The notes under the pieces: model-generated | What the model saw: only the letters and a program-made list of their open reading frames with translations | Told to the model about the DNA's origin: nothing | The model's database searches: none | Position numbers and translations under genes: made by a program | In this document: positions 12,951 to 27,224 of the stretch, in pieces | Position numbering within the stretch: the stretch's first letter is position 1 | How the letters are laid out: each line of letters begins with the position of its first letter | Assembly (NCBI GenBank): GCA_951406725.2 | Contig: OX597827.1 | Location: 24,738,001-24,802,000 of the forward strand | Length of the DNA: 64,000 nt | Direction of reading: 5' to 3' | DNA from: Octopus vulgaris | Taxonomy: Eukaryota

Positions 12951-13990
12951 TGTATGCATGTATGTCTCTTCCGTTTTTAATCACTCAAATTCTTCCTCCG
13001 AAGAAGACGAAGCTGGTTCCTAACAAAGATACAAAGCCCCATCTTTGGAATGTAGATAGCGAAAACAATGTCACATTTTAAACCTGAGAAAAAGTCTTGC
13101 ATATTTTTACTGTTCCGCTCACAGACTGTATTTGTAATGTGTGAATCAGTCTGTTGATTTCCTTTTCTGATATGTATGTATGCATACAAGTCAATGACTG
13201 GATGTATTAAAGCTGTGATTAATGCCAAACGCGGTCTAACTCCGTATTAAATAATAAAATTTCCATTTAGCAAGGTGTTTCCATTATTTTGTCCAAACCC
13301 TGTACACACACACACACATACGCACATATACACGTACACACACATGCACATACTCAAATATACATACACATACACACATGCATACATATGCGTTTTAGAC
13401 ACGAATGCACATGCAGCATACACATGTATGTGCAAGTAAGTATATCATTGTAGATTCAAACCATTTTGGTCGTCAATGAAAGCCACAAGACTTGTTGGTC
13501 CAATGTTGGCTCCGTTGCCAACGCTGGGTGGAAGGTGGAGGGTGGGTGGGGTATGGAATGGCGGTTGGAGTGGGGGGGGGGGACGATGGGAAGCGGGTGG
13601 CGAAAATAGTGTTTGTTCATAAATAGCGCTGATAGAAACAAACTGAATTGTAAGGCAAAATACTATACGAGGAGGAAAAGGAGGAGGAAGTGGAGGAAGA
13701 AGAAGAAAAAGAAGAGGAGAACAAGAACAACAACAACAACAACAACGATATTATTGCTGATGTTGTTTTCTTTCAAGTTAGCCATTGAAAGCAGGTGATA
13801 TGGGGCAAAAAAATAAATAATAAATAAATAAATAAATAAAATAAAAAAAATATATATATATGAAATAATAATCGATATACAACATGAACCATTGCTAGGT
13901 GGGCTGTTTCGCTGTTTTCATTTTTGTTTTTTTCTATACCTTGTTCTTTGCCTTTAACGATTTATACTACTACTACTACTGCTACTGCTG

Positions 13991-14047
<57 letters not shown>

Positions 14048-14699
14048 ACACGCTCTATAATGGATTGGTAAAAATCGGTAGACGACGGGTTTCATAGACG
14101 TGTCTTTGCATAGAGTTTGTTCTCTTTACGTTCGTTCTGAGTTCGAGTTCGAATTGCACCAAAGTCGACTCAGCCGCTGTTCTTTTCCAGATGGAGATCG
14201 ATGAAACCAAAATACCGATTAAATGTTGGAATCGTTTGGAATTACGTGTTACCTTCAAACCCAGAATTTTGTGGCTTTGTACCGAAGTTAGAAACGGTTG
14301 CTGTTGTTGTACTTGTTGTTTTAGCCCAAGGTAAGCCAGCCCTAATGGAATAGATCTGCGATGATAGCCGTTCCAGTCGTGACTATCCCGTCTTTGTGTA
14401 TATCTATGACAGCATTGTTTAATATGTTCGTTTTGTTCTTTCAAATTTTGGAAATGGTATGACTGTGAATTGAGAGGGATTCGGCTGTTGTTTAATCCCA
14501 GCATTGATCCAGCAGACCTATGATTAACGACGTTCCATCCGTGACTATCCTGTAATTTATCATGGATTACGTTAACTTATGTGCCTAAGGTTACAAGATT
14601 GGGCTTACAGGATTACTTTGCAGGACCACATCCTTTCTGGTTTGCTTAAGCAGGAGGAATACCTATTTAATATTTCAAATTTTGAAACTTAATGGAAAA

Positions 14700-15470
14700 T
14701 ATTCTTTTCTACTCTCGGCACAAGGCCCGAAATTTTTGGGGAGGGGACTAGTCGATTAGATCGACCCCAGTACACAACTTGTACTTAGTTAATCAACCAC
14801 GGAAGGATGAAAGGCAAAGTCGACCTCGGCTGAATTTGAACTCACAACGTATAGACAGACGAAATACCTATTTCTATTTCTTTACTACCCACAAGGGGCT
14901 AAATATAGAGAGGACAAACAAGGACAGACAAACGGATTAAGTCGATTATATCGACCCCAGTGCGTAACTGGTACTTATTTAATCGATCCCGAAAGGATGA
15001 AAGGCAAAGTAGACCTCGGCGGAATTTGAACTCAGAACGTAGCGGCAGACGAAATACCTATTTCTTTACTACCCACAAGGGGCTAAACACAGAGAGGACA
15101 AACGAGGACAGACAAACGGATCAAGTCGATTATATCGACCCCAGTGCGTAACTGGTACTTATTTAATCGACCCCGAAAGGATAAAAGGCAAAGTCGACCT
15201 CGGCTGAATTTGAACTCACAACGTATAGACAGACGAAATACCTATTTCTATTTCTTTACTACCCACAAGGGGTTAAACACAGAGAGGACAAACAAGGACA
15301 GACAAACAGATTAAGTCGATTATATCGACCCCAGTACGTAACTGGTACTTATTTAATCGATCCCGAAAGGATGAAAGGCAAAGTCGACCTTGGTGGAATT
15401 TGAACTCAGAATGTAGCGGCAGACGAAATACTGCAAAGCATTTCGCCCGGCGTGTTAAAGATTCTGCCTA
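14700..15470 (-). mobile_element. Tandem array of four SINE family B units
   Basis: Repeated ~185-bp unit gaaaggcaaagtcgacctcggcggaatttgaactcagaacgta; single copies at ~21350-22335, 24975-25185, 27245-27420, 39931-40157, 59952-60160. Confidence 0.85.
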
Positions 15471-16092
15471 CTGACCGTCTTACTTAAGACGGTCAGCAGG
15501 CAGGATCAAATTACCAACCAATTAGCAGTAACCTGTTAACAAGGAGCTTGCTTCCCAACCACATGGTTTCAGGTTCGGTCCCACTGCGTGGCAAATTGGG
15601 CAAGTGTCTTCTGCTATAGTCTCCAGGCTAGTGAGTGGATTTGGTAGACAGAAACTGAAAGAAGCCCGTCGTATATGTGTGCGCCTTTGTGTCTGGGTTT
15701 GTCCCCCACTACCGCTTGACAGCCGGCGTTGGTGTGTTTACATCCCTGTAAGATCGACAGAACAAGTACCAAGCTTAACAAAAAATAAATCCTGGGATCG
15801 ATTCATTCGACTAAAAATTCTTCAAGACTGTGCCCCAGTCGGCGCAGCAGAAAAGTCACCCATACTGTACACGGCCATTGTTGTGGCAAATCTTACCGGT
15901 GTCTTCATGTAGCGAATTTTTCATGTAGTAATATTCCACTGTCTTTTTGTTTACCAATCGTGGTTTGGAACCGTGCTCACCACACTGTACGTTTGCTGTT
16001 AAAATGTTTGGGTACCTACAAAATGAAGGGAGATTTTTGTCGCACCCTGGGTATGTATGTATGTATGTATGTATGTATGTTTGTTTGTTTGT

Positions 16093-16378
16093 TCCTTTTT
16101 GAGCCATAAGGGCCGGTTTTCCGGTTTCCTTGGTGTATAGGTTCCCCACCTTGACGGGACGCCGGTTCGTCGCAGGTAAGCTGCAAGATGCAGGCGGAAA
16201 GAGTGACAGAAAGTTGTGGCGAAAGAGTCAGCAGAAGTTTGCCATTACCTTCTGCCGGAGCCGCGTGGGGCTTACGTGTTTTGCTCATAAACACACACAT
16301 CTCTCGGTTTGAGATTCGAACCCGCGATCCCTCGACCGCGAGTCCGCTGCTCTAACCACTAGGAGATGTGCCTCCACA
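16093..16378 (-). mobile_element. tRNA-derived SINE (fourth family)
   Basis: Minus head gtggaggcacatctcctagtggttagagc (A box) ... gggttcgaatctc (B box); tail runs into (AAAC)/(ATAC)n. Confidence 0.75.
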
Positions 16379-16861
16379 TGTACGAATGTATATATATATA
16401 TATATATATACATATATAAATCCAAAAAGTGGAACAAGAATGTAACGGACGACAAGGAAAACATACGGACAGATGGACGATACAAAGATGGACAAGAAAA
16501 AAAGGACGGGACATTCGTTAGTCAAGCTTCCAATCCTCATTACAGTTTCGGCCTGTTACACTTGGGACTGTTCAAAAGTCTATGCCTCAAAAATCTAAGC
16601 TAAGGCATTAAATTTTTGGAAGAAACCGAGCAAATATCTGCGACAACACGGACCAAAAAAAATTTTAATAAATAAATAACGTGAAAACGGAGAAAGTGTT
16701 ACAGGATCACAAATACAAACAAGAATAACAACAGGTGTCTTTCGACTAAAGGGACAAGTTATGTTAAGCTGGCGTGTGAAGAGGAAGCCTTACGGCAACA
16801 AACATAGATGAAAGTCAGGAGACGGGAAAATAAGGTGCTGTGTGAATGTATGTATGTATGT

Positions 16862-17238
16862 ATTCTTCCTCTGAAGAAGACGAAGCTGGTTTCTAACAAA
16901 GATACAAAGCCCCATCTTTGGAATGTAGACAGCGAAAACAATGTCGTATTTTAAACCTGAGAAAAAGTCTTGCATAGTTTCACTGTTTCGCTTACAAATT
17001 GTATTTGTAACGTACAAATCATTGATTTCTTTCTCTGAAAATCCAAGCTCATCCAGATTGACAGATGGGCATTTACTTACAAAACCAAGTGTTCCAATTA
17101 TTATTGGTATAAAGGTAAAATTTCGAAGCATTTGTCCATAGTTATGTTCTTTCTCTTTCATTTTCAGACAGATATTCACGTCAACAGGACAGCTGACTCC
17201 TTTCATGGAACATACATTTCTTATCAGTCTCAAACAAT
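16862..17238 (-). mobile_element. 3' end of a second R4/Dong subfamily; shorter copy at ~12990-13170
   Basis: ...PVDVNICLKMKEKEHNYG...FTFIPIIIGTLG (RLE signature); both copies are bounded by TACA-type repeats. Confidence 0.75.
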
Positions 17239-17450
17239 GTATGTATGTATGTATGTATGTATGTATGTATGTATGTATGTATGTATGTATGTATGTATGT
17301 ATGTATGTATATATATATGTGTGTGTGTATGTAAGTATGTATGTATGTATGTATGTATGTATGTATGTATGTATGTGTGTGTGTGTATGTATGTATGTAT
17401 GTATGTATGTACGTATGTATGTATACATGTATGTATGCATTCATGTATGC

Positions 17451-17504
<54 letters not shown>

Positions 17505-17701
17505 CTTTTATTCTTTTACTTGTTTCAGTCATGTTACTGCGGCCATGCTGGAGCACCACCTTTAGTCGAACAAATCGACCTCAGGACTTATTCTTTGTTA
17601 GCCTAGTGCTTATTCTATCGGTGACTTTTGCTCAACCGCTAAGTTACGGGAAAGTAAACACACCACGATCGATTGTCAAGCGATGTTCGGAGGGACAACA
17701 C

Positions 17702-17750
<49 letters not shown>

Positions 17751-17751
17751 G

Positions 17752-17789
<38 letters not shown>

Positions 17790-18225
17790 GTATATGTATG
17801 TACCATTCATCGAAAGATGGTAGATAGATATATAATGGGTTTCCGCACAGTTTCCGTTCACCACATTCACTCACACGGCATTTGTCGGATCGGGGATATA
17901 GAAGACATTTGCCTTCGCAGCTGAACCCAAATCCACGTTGTTGCAAAACGAAATTTTTAACTATACAGCCATGCTTGCACAGAAACGTTCGAGAATACAT
18001 ACATATTATACATAATAATAATAATAATAATGATAATACTACTAATAATAATAATAATTTAAACAAATAAGTATAGTTTGACGAGTGTGTGTTTGAATGT
18101 TGAGCAGATCACCGGCACAGTTCAGGCTGCCTGTTGTCTAGAGTTTACTTCAGGAATTCCGCAGTGGCGGTTAGGATAATACTATTAATTAACAGGAACT
18201 GGATTCGGTACTAAACCTTTATTGG

Positions 18226-18270
18226 GTACAAGATATGTTTCGACCCATCAGTCTGAGTCTCCTCAGGTAC
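18226..18270 (-). ncRNA. Minimal type I hammerhead motif with one stem III mismatch
   Basis: Minus: gtac-CTGAGGA-gactc(agactgat)gggtc-GAAA-c(atat)c-T-T-gtac. Confidence 0.65.
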
Positions 18271-18347
18271 ATTGATAAGGATGTCTCACCAGAGATTTTT
18301 GATGTCAGCTGGCTTGTTGTTACATGTCCATCAAGTTGGGAACACAC

Positions 18348-18503
<156 letters not shown>

Positions 18504-18590
18504 TTGAAATTTACAGATAAAATAAGACGAAGACAGGTGTATAAACAAGAAGCAAGTGTATTAGTTTAACGCTCGGGAAGATGTGAAAGT

Positions 18591-18626
18591 CTTTTACGTT
18601 TCGAGCCTACGCTCTTCAACAGAAAG
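18591..18626 (-). ncRNA. PLE-type hammerhead variant with core CTGTTGA, inside a pLTR-like repeat (~18520-18660)
   Basis: Minus: cttt-CTGTTGA-a-gagc(gtag)gctc-GAAA-c-gT-A-aaag; same repeat at ~55545-55740. Confidence 0.55.
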
Positions 18627-18663
18627 GTACACGACGAAATAAATAGAGAGAAAAAGAAGTCGT

Positions 18664-18729
<66 letters not shown>

Positions 18730-19427
18730 TCGAAAGTTCCTGGCACTCCGTCGGTTACGACAACTAGGGTTCCAGTTGATCTGATCAACGGAACAGCTTG
18801 CTTGTGAAATTAACGTGCAAGTGGCTGAGCACTCCACAGACACGTGTACACTTAACGTAAATCTCAGGGGAATTCAGAGTGACACAGAATGTGACAATGC
18901 TGGCCCTTTGGAATACAGGTACAACTCGTTTTTGCCAGCTGAACTGAAGCAACGGGAAAATAAAGTGTCTTGCTCAAGGACTCAACGCGTCGCCGGGAAT
19001 TGAACTCACAACCTTTAGATCGTGGGCCGAATATCCTAACCACTAGGTCAAACGCCTCTCACACACTTTTTTTACTGGTTTCAGTTATTAAACTGCGGTC
19101 ATGTTGTGGCACCACATTGAAGAACTTATAATTGATCATATATTACTCTTAAGTCTTGTTGTTATAATATTAATCTTTATTTGTCGCTAAATTACGAGAC
19201 CTCGTTTTTCTTTTGCAAGCGGTTTCATCGGAAAGACAAACGTTCAGATCGACAAATACAAACACACATTTACACTCATACACATATACACAAGTATATT
19301 TTCATACGTAACACATAGCTTCTTAGGGATGATCCCAAAATATACGCCTGGGATATAACTGGTACGAAGTAGAGCTACATTCTGGTTACGGCATTCTCAA
19401 ACGATATCATGATATAAGGGGTTCTTT

Positions 19428-19645
19428 CGAGGGGGTGCGGAAAAGTTCCTGGCTTTGGGTAAAAGTAAATACTGGGGATTCAGGTAATCACGATTTTATT
19501 CAACCTATTCCCCTCTCAGATTCATACATCTGTTACAGAGATCCTTTGGTTTTCCTAAGTCATGTAAAAGAACTCGGAAGATTGGGCCGCCAATCAGGCC
19601 TTTCGCGGCACCCTTAAAGCCGGGAATGCTTTTAGCACCTCTTCG
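19428..19645. mobile_element. mariner-type MITE
   Basis: Imperfect TIRs cgagggggtgcggaaaagttcctggcttt / aaagccgggaatgcttttagcacctcttcg, TA on the right side. Confidence 0.65.
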
Positions 19646-19862
19646 TACATGGTTGTAAAGTGAGGGAGAACTACAATCCCATCAAACAACATTTCAGTTA
19701 ATGGCCATGCGGTCTTTCCGATGAAGAATTCTGGAAGTACTTAGGGATGGATGAAAAAAATTCCAATAATGGTAAATGGAAGAAGGATCATGCAACGAGG
19801 AAATATAACACCAGGACAAATTTCATCAGAATTATTCTTTCTAGCTCATTTTTATGCGCGCT

Positions 19863-19922
<60 letters not shown>

Positions 19923-21221
19923 AACACACACACACACATACACTGTCTAAGAATCCGCGAGTCAGAAAAAACCAGGCACTTGTATACTGGTTAATAGAAT
20001 GGCCGTATGTGTGTGTATGTCTCTGTCTGTCAGTCTCTCTGTATGTATATAGATGGTCATGGCTGGACTGCCTTTCATATATCAGGGACGACTTGGTATT
20101 AAGCAGCGGCAGCAGCAGCAGCAACAACAACAACAACGATAGTGCGACAGCATGTTCAGTACAATTCTACATCCATCCATACAAGAGGTGGCAACTAAGG
20201 AAGCCTCTATGTAGTTTTACAGTCTCCTTGAAATAGCAGCTAAATCTATTTGAAATAAACATTTTTCAAGCATTGCATTGAAGGACACGCGGAAAATTCA
20301 CATACAAGACGTGGATATTCTCTTTCCTCGTCAGTTATCGTCCAAAAATCATAACAATTTCGAGCCTTTAATGATAAATAAAGACACATTCGATATACAA
20401 ATAAAACAGAACGGTCACGGCTGGAATGTCTTTCATCAAGCTTAGAATCCGTTCGATCAGAGATGATCTCATATTAAACATCAATAAAAGCTACAAGATG
20501 CCAAGTACAATTACAATAGGCAGCAGTGAGGGAACTTTTATATGACGCACCAGGCGACCAAATCTCCTACGATTTTAGATGGATTTATTCGACTAAATTT
20601 CATTCAGGGTGGTGCTCAAGCATGGCCGCAGTCTAATGATTGAAACAAATAAAAGATAGAAGATAAAAAGAATCTTTAAGATTGATATTGTCGGTAATTT
20701 TAGTCAATCAGAAGGTTCCATTATCGATCAGCCAGAAATATGGGGGCGCTGTGACTCAAACGGAAAAGTTCCCGTTCTGTTTTGTATGTGCCTGATCAGC
20801 GATAAACTGCCTTTAACCAACACCATCATCATCATCATCATCATCATAATCAACAACAACAACATGCTAAGTACAATTACATGTCCATCCACACATACAA
20901 CAGCAGCAGCAGCAGGCAAGCGCTGTTGTGAAGCATGTTGTACAGTTGACATAATAATCTAAAAGCAAAGCTAAAGCATGCTAACATTCCTTCCTGTTCC
21001 TGCTTTTGTGATCTTGTCTACCGCCGTGAAATTGTGCGCTTGTTTGACTACTGCTCCCTTAATCCCCTCCTCCCCAACCTACTCTTGAATTATACAACTT
21101 TAATGGGGCCTAAACACACACATACACACACTCACACGCAAAAGGCGCAGTGTTGCATCATCATCACCACCATCACCATCATCATCATCATCATTACCAT
21201 CACCACCACCACAGCTACCAC

Positions 21222-21256
<35 letters not shown>

Positions 21257-22962
21257 CCACCACCACCACCACCACCACCACCATCGTCATCATCGTCATC
21301 ATCATCGTCGTCATCGTTGTCGGCATCACGCTCATCGTTTAAATAAAATGGTTTCTAACTTAGGCAGAAGGCCAGCGATTTTGAGGGTGAGTGGTTGTAT
21401 GGGTGGCGGAGCAGTCGATATGATCGACCCTCGGAGGATGAAAGGCAAAAGTGACCTTGGCGAGATGTGAACACAGACCGTGAAAAGCTGGGAGAAGCAC
21501 CGCAAAATATTTCGCCTGGTGATTTTGTGATTCTGCTACTAACAACAATAACAATAATAATTCTAATTTTTGGCGCAAGGCCAGCAATGTTGAGTGGGGC
21601 AGGAAGCCATTACACCAATAACAACAACAGCAACCTTATCCACTTAAGGCACAAGGCCTAAACTTTTGAAGGAGGGGGAATAGTCTATTTAATCGACCCC
21701 AGTGTTTCACTGGTACTTTATTTATCGACCCCGAAAGGATGAAGAGCAAAGTCGACTTTAGTGGAATTTGAACTCAGAATAAGCATTTCGCCCGGCGTCT
21801 TAACGTTTCTGCCTGTTCACCGCCTTTACAACAACAATAATGATAATAATATTTGCTACTCTAGGTACAACGCCGGCAGTTTTGAGGGGAGGGGTTACTT
21901 GATTACATCCACTCCAGTGCAATTTGGTACGTATTTCATCAACCACGAAAACATGAAAGGCAATGTCGACCTTGACGAAATTTGAACTTAGAGCGTAAAG
22001 ACGGACAGAATGCCGTCAAGCATTTTATTCGACGCGCTAACAATTCTGTCAGCAATAATAATGAGAACTGCCGATCTGTTGTATAGCGATAGCTTGTTAT
22101 TAAGTGATGTATTGATGCAGAGAGCAAGCAGAATCGTTACTTTGCCAGGCGAAGTGCTTAACAGTATTTTGTCCTTCTTTACGTTCAGAAGTTCAAATTC
22201 TGTCGAGGTAAACTTTGTCTTTTACCCTTTCGGGGGTCCGATAAAATAAGTACCAGTTGGGTACTGGAGTTGATGTATTCGACTTAACCCCCTCCAATAA
22301 AATTTCTGGTCTTGTGCAAAAATCTGAAACCAATATATAGGCGTGGGGTTAGAAGTTTACTCCCCAACCAAATGGTTTCGGGTTCAGTTCCACTGCGTGG
22401 CACCTTGCGCAAGTGGCTTCACTAGCTACGACCAATCAACATCTTGTGAGCGAATTTGGTTGACGGAAACTGAAGTAAGCCAGTCGTACACACACATACA
22501 CATGCATACATAATGCGTATATAAATGAGTGTGTGTGTGCGCGCGTGTGTGTGTGTGTGTGTATGTGTGTGTGTGTGCGTGTATGTGTGTGTCTTCCCTA
22601 CCACCGCTTGACAACCGGAGATGACTTATTTGCGAGCCAGTAACATTAGCAGTTCGACAAGAGAAACCGATGGAACAAGTATAAAACTGCGAGTACTGCG
22701 GGCGGTTTGTTCGACTACACCGTTCAAGGAGGTGTCCCAGCATGGTCGCCGTCCAATGACTGAAACAAGTAAATGATGAAAAATAAGATATCAGTTAAAA
22801 TTCATTGATTTTATACAAAATTTGGTGTCACCGAGAGGCCCTCACTGCATCTCAAACTGGTACCTTCGCTTGTTTCAATCATTGAATTGCGGCCATACTC
22901 ACACACACATGCACACACATGCACACACTGTCTATACATACATACATACATACATACATACA

Positions 22963-23020
<58 letters not shown>

Positions 23021-23189
23021 TACACATATATATATATATATATATTCGACGGGCTTCTTCCAGTTTCCATGTACCGAATCCACTCTCAAATCTTGGTTCT
23101 CACTGGGCTATAGTAGAAAACACTTGCTCAAGGTTCCTCACAATGGAATTGAACCCAGAACCATGTGATTGGGAAGCAAACATCATTGT

Positions 23190-23460
23190 TTATCAAGCTG
23201 TTTCGGTTTCGACTCTGTTATACACGCGTGAAGCGTGGACTCTCTGCAGGAAGCAAATAAGAATTTTGGAAGCCTTCCACTTTGGCTATCTGCAGCGTGT
23301 TCTTAGAATCTTTGAGAAGGACAAAATTCCTCACTCTGAAATTCTCAGGTGTGTGCTCGATCCATCAATGTCAGAGCAATGAACAGGAAACGCATTCTCC
23401 GCTGAACCGGGCAGGCAATCCGTACGGAGGTTAACCAATAGCCAAGAATACTAACAGTAG
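23190..23460 (+). mobile_element. RTE LINE C-terminal fragment
   Basis: VYQAVSVSTLLYTREAWTL...LEAFH...LQRVLRIFEKDKIPHSEIL, homologous to the RTE at ~48340. Confidence 0.7.
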
Positions 23461-25628
23461 GTTCTTGTCAATGTGGTGGGCGTATGAACTGTTGGAAAGC
23501 CCGAGCGAAGCGCATCCTCACTACCTGTAAGTTGACCTTGAAGAAGATGCGAATCGGAAGGTTTGGCCAGCGACTTGGCCAGCGATGCTGTACAACAGTT
23601 TGAAGCCGAAATCACCAGAAAACAGGGTAGTCCCCGCCACCCCTGGCTGGATTCGATCGCAGAACATCAGTGATGCCGCTCTTCGTGGCTGTGTGGTAAG
23701 ATTCTTGCTCCGCAACCACATGGTTCCGGGTTCAATCTCACTACGTGGCACCTTGGATAAATGTCTTCTACTATAGCCTCGGGACGACCAAAGCCTTGTG
23801 AGTGGATTTGGTAGACGGAAACTGAAAGAAGCCTGTCGGGTATATATATACATCAAATATTATTATTAAGTTTGAAAATGGATTCAATGGATATAAATTA
23901 ATTAATTAAATATCATATATTTTAATTAATTTACTAATTAATTAATTATCATATATATATATGTATGTGTGAGTATATGTGTGTATGTTTGTCCTCCACC
24001 ACCGCTTGACAACCGGTGTTCGTGTGATTACGTCCCCATAACTTAGAGGTCAAGCAAAAGAGACCGATAGAATAAGTACCAGGCTTTAAAAAAATAAGTA
24101 CTGGAATCGATTCATTCGACTAAAAGAAAAAAAAAACAAACCTTCAAGGTGGTGCTCCAGCATGGTCGTAGTCTAATGGCTTTGACAAGTAAAAAAATAA
24201 AGATAAAAGATATATTCGGTTTATAATCGGATCTCCCCCTCTCTACCTGACTGCCTGCCTGCCTGTTTGTCTGTCTGTCTGTCTGTCTGTCTACGGTGAT
24301 GATATTGGTAGTAATGGCGGTTGCGTTGGTGGCAGTATTAGTGATGGCGGGGTGTCTAGCGCAAGTCGTAAGGACGGTGGTGATGTTGATAGTCTAAATT
24401 GTTGCGACGGTGATGGTGTCGGTGAGTGGTGTTTGTGATGGGAGCCCTTCCCAACCACATATCGCTAAAGACACCTCTGCACTGACCGTCTGCCCAAATT
24501 GTGCCACAAAGGTAACTACAGGCCAAGCCAAGGGGTCAACGTCGTCACTAGCCATGAACCCTTATGTTCTTTCTTTCCAAAGTCAACAGGATCAGCTTAT
24601 GAGTAGAGGGGTCAAGTATAGCTTTTTCACTTGCACTTTAGAACTGCCCTCTTTTTTAATGATCACACGTGTAATACCATTTTCCCTCCAGCTTCTAGTA
24701 AAAGAGATTTCTTTTAAAATATCCACTAGTTCTGTTTCCCAATCTGGATATTTAGATTGCATGAAAAAGGTCTCCATGGCCTTGGCAAAGCACTGTTAGA
24801 TTACTTCTCTCTTCTCCCGCGACTATGTGATGAATGGTTGTAGGTTGATGTTTGTCTTGCAAGCGAAATATTTCAAAGCTGTCGTTCTTTCAGAAAAATG
24901 TTCCAGTTTGTGAGATTTTTCTACTGAAGAACGTTTACAAGGATAGGGGTTCGCTGTTAATATTTCCGTTTGATAGGGCAACGAGTTAGCAGAATGGTTA
25001 CGGCACCAGACAAAATACTTAGCGGCATTTCGTCCGTCTTTACGTTCCACATTCAAATTCCGCCGATGTCGACTTTGCTCTCATCTTTTCAGGGTCGATA
25101 AAATTGAATATTTGAGTCAATGTAATCGACTTAACTCCTCCCCCGAAATTGCTGGCCTTGTGCCAAAATTTGAAACCAGTATTTCCGCTTTGTTGTCGTT
25201 CCTACACGATTGCGTGCGGATCAGTTTCGTCGCTCTGTGCGCATGTCGCACAGTCCCGACTGAGAGTACCCCTTATGTGCGTTGAGTTTCTCTCGTTTTT
25301 CTGGTGCCCCTCAGTAGCACTGTCGGATGAAAGTTTTCTGAATGTTATCTTTGATAGTCTCCAACCCGAAAGCTGACAGGAACGGACGAGCCAGTTCGTT
25401 CTTGTCAATACCCAAAGTTTCTTCGAGAACGTCGTCGTGCTTACCTTTTACCAGTCCCCTCTATATTGCCTTCATGGATCTTTCACATACCACTTTGCCC
25501 CACTGCTAGAAGGCGGCGAGTGTCTAATGACATTTCAAGGAATCATTTCTTTCATAAACACAAAGCCAGAAATTCTGGCCGAGGAGGTAGTCGATTACTT
25601 GCCTGTTACATCATTGAACGATGACGGC

Positions 25629-25986
25629 AATATCATAAGAAGGACGTGTGTCCCGTATCAGTTCACAGCGTCTGCCTTTCCAGTCTCTGTTGCTGAAGAG
25701 CAGATAACTACTCCGAAATACATTCCACGGTTTCTTTATGTGACGCTGTGAACTGAATCGGTGTCTTTAAACCTATCGGTCTACAGCGAAAACTTTTTCC
25801 TTGACAAATATCATATGAAGGACCTGTGTCTCGTGTCAGCTTACGGTGTCTGCCTTTCCAGTCTCTGTTGCTGAAGAGCAGATAACTATTCCGAAATGCA
25901 TTCCACGGTTTCTTTATGTGACGCTGTGAACTAACTCGGTGTCCTTAAACCTACCTGTCTACAGCGAAATCTTTTTTCTTTGACAA
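25629..25986 (+). mobile_element. 178-bp tandem dimer with one type I hammerhead per unit (candidate non-LTR retrozyme or tandem pLTR)
   Basis: ctgttg-CTGAAGA-gcag(ataacta)Ytcc-GAAA-t(Rc)a-T-T-ccacgg at 25687-25730 and 25865-25908. Confidence 0.7.
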
Positions 25987-26573
25987 AATACTTTGAATGA
26001 CTTTCTTATGGGTTCGAAATGTGCTTTCTTATGGAGTCGAAATCTTATGGTTTTCTTATAGATTCGAATATACCTCAAGCATATTTGAACTGATAGTAAG
26101 TTTGTATTTATTTACATCACTGCTTAGCGCTGTCATCCTGTATTTTAGAAGAAAGAAACGTTAAGTTGACCTCGACGAGATCTGAGCTCAGAAATTAAGA
26201 AAGAACAAATACCACACAGCATTTTGTCTCACGCTCTGACGATTTTGCAACTATTTCTTACATTTCCCACCGGAACTTCGAATAAACGGGTCCACGACAA
26301 AACAAGATGAATATAGCGTTGGAGACATACGCAGAAACCGAACGAAGGCGGGTGGGGGAGAGAAATAATAAAATAAAAACATCGACAACATACAAATAAG
26401 GGACAATAGAGGAGAACATCCACCGAGGGTGCACCAAGGAATCCCGAAGACCAAGGATCATCTTGAACACCAATGGCAGGTGCCCTTTCTTAACTGTCAT
26501 CTTCTGATGTACAGGAAGGTAGAACATACTACAGTAGACTCACCAGTATTTTATATCCACAATGTACAATGAA

Positions 26574-26638
<65 letters not shown>

Positions 26639-27159
26639 GCTTCTGATCTTAACTGATTGGAAGTGTTATCATGTACATTGTTTTGTCTTGGTATAAAAGA
26701 TGGACTACAGCAAATATTCTGCTCAATACCACAGATTTGCTTGTCAGTTGTTTGACCTTAACCAGTTGAGCATGTCCCTTAGTGGCTGACGATATGTGCA
26801 TCTCTGATCACGAGCAGAAGTAGTGGGGGAGCATCATAGCCATGTGTTGAGAGGGATTCTTTGGGGTTTGAATAATTCACCTCTGGAAACATGGGTGGTT
26901 CTTTCAACATCCTTAAACAACCCTTATTCAGGGACCGTTTGAGCAGGATGGGCTACTCAACCTGAAGAAAATTCTAACTGGGCCCCACCTGCAAGGTCAT
27001 GTGCTGTTTATCTTGATATGAGATCACCATGTCGCGCACATATGGTTGTGATGCATGTGCCTGGTGTACCTTTATCAGACGGGTAGTCATGATGGGTATA
27101 TTGGGCTTCGTATATTTTACCCCAGTGTCACTTTGATGGCATGAACTGCTCTCTCACTC
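26639..27159 (+). mobile_element. Non-coding element flanked on both sides by (AAT)n; inverted copy at 42638-43128
   Basis: High identity between the copies over ~490 bp; both end ...ctgctctctcactc-(AAT)n. Confidence 0.85.

Positions 27160-27224
<65 letters not shown>

Noticed and set aside
16310-16378. tRNA genes at SINE heads (also ~9200-9262 and 27990-28065)
   Set aside because: A and B boxes are present but there is no full cloverleaf and the sequence continues into SINE bodies
24410-24930. ORFs of 129, 61 and 77 aa as a host exon
   Set aside because: No recognisable motif or splice pair; interrupted by stops, likely decayed transposon sequence
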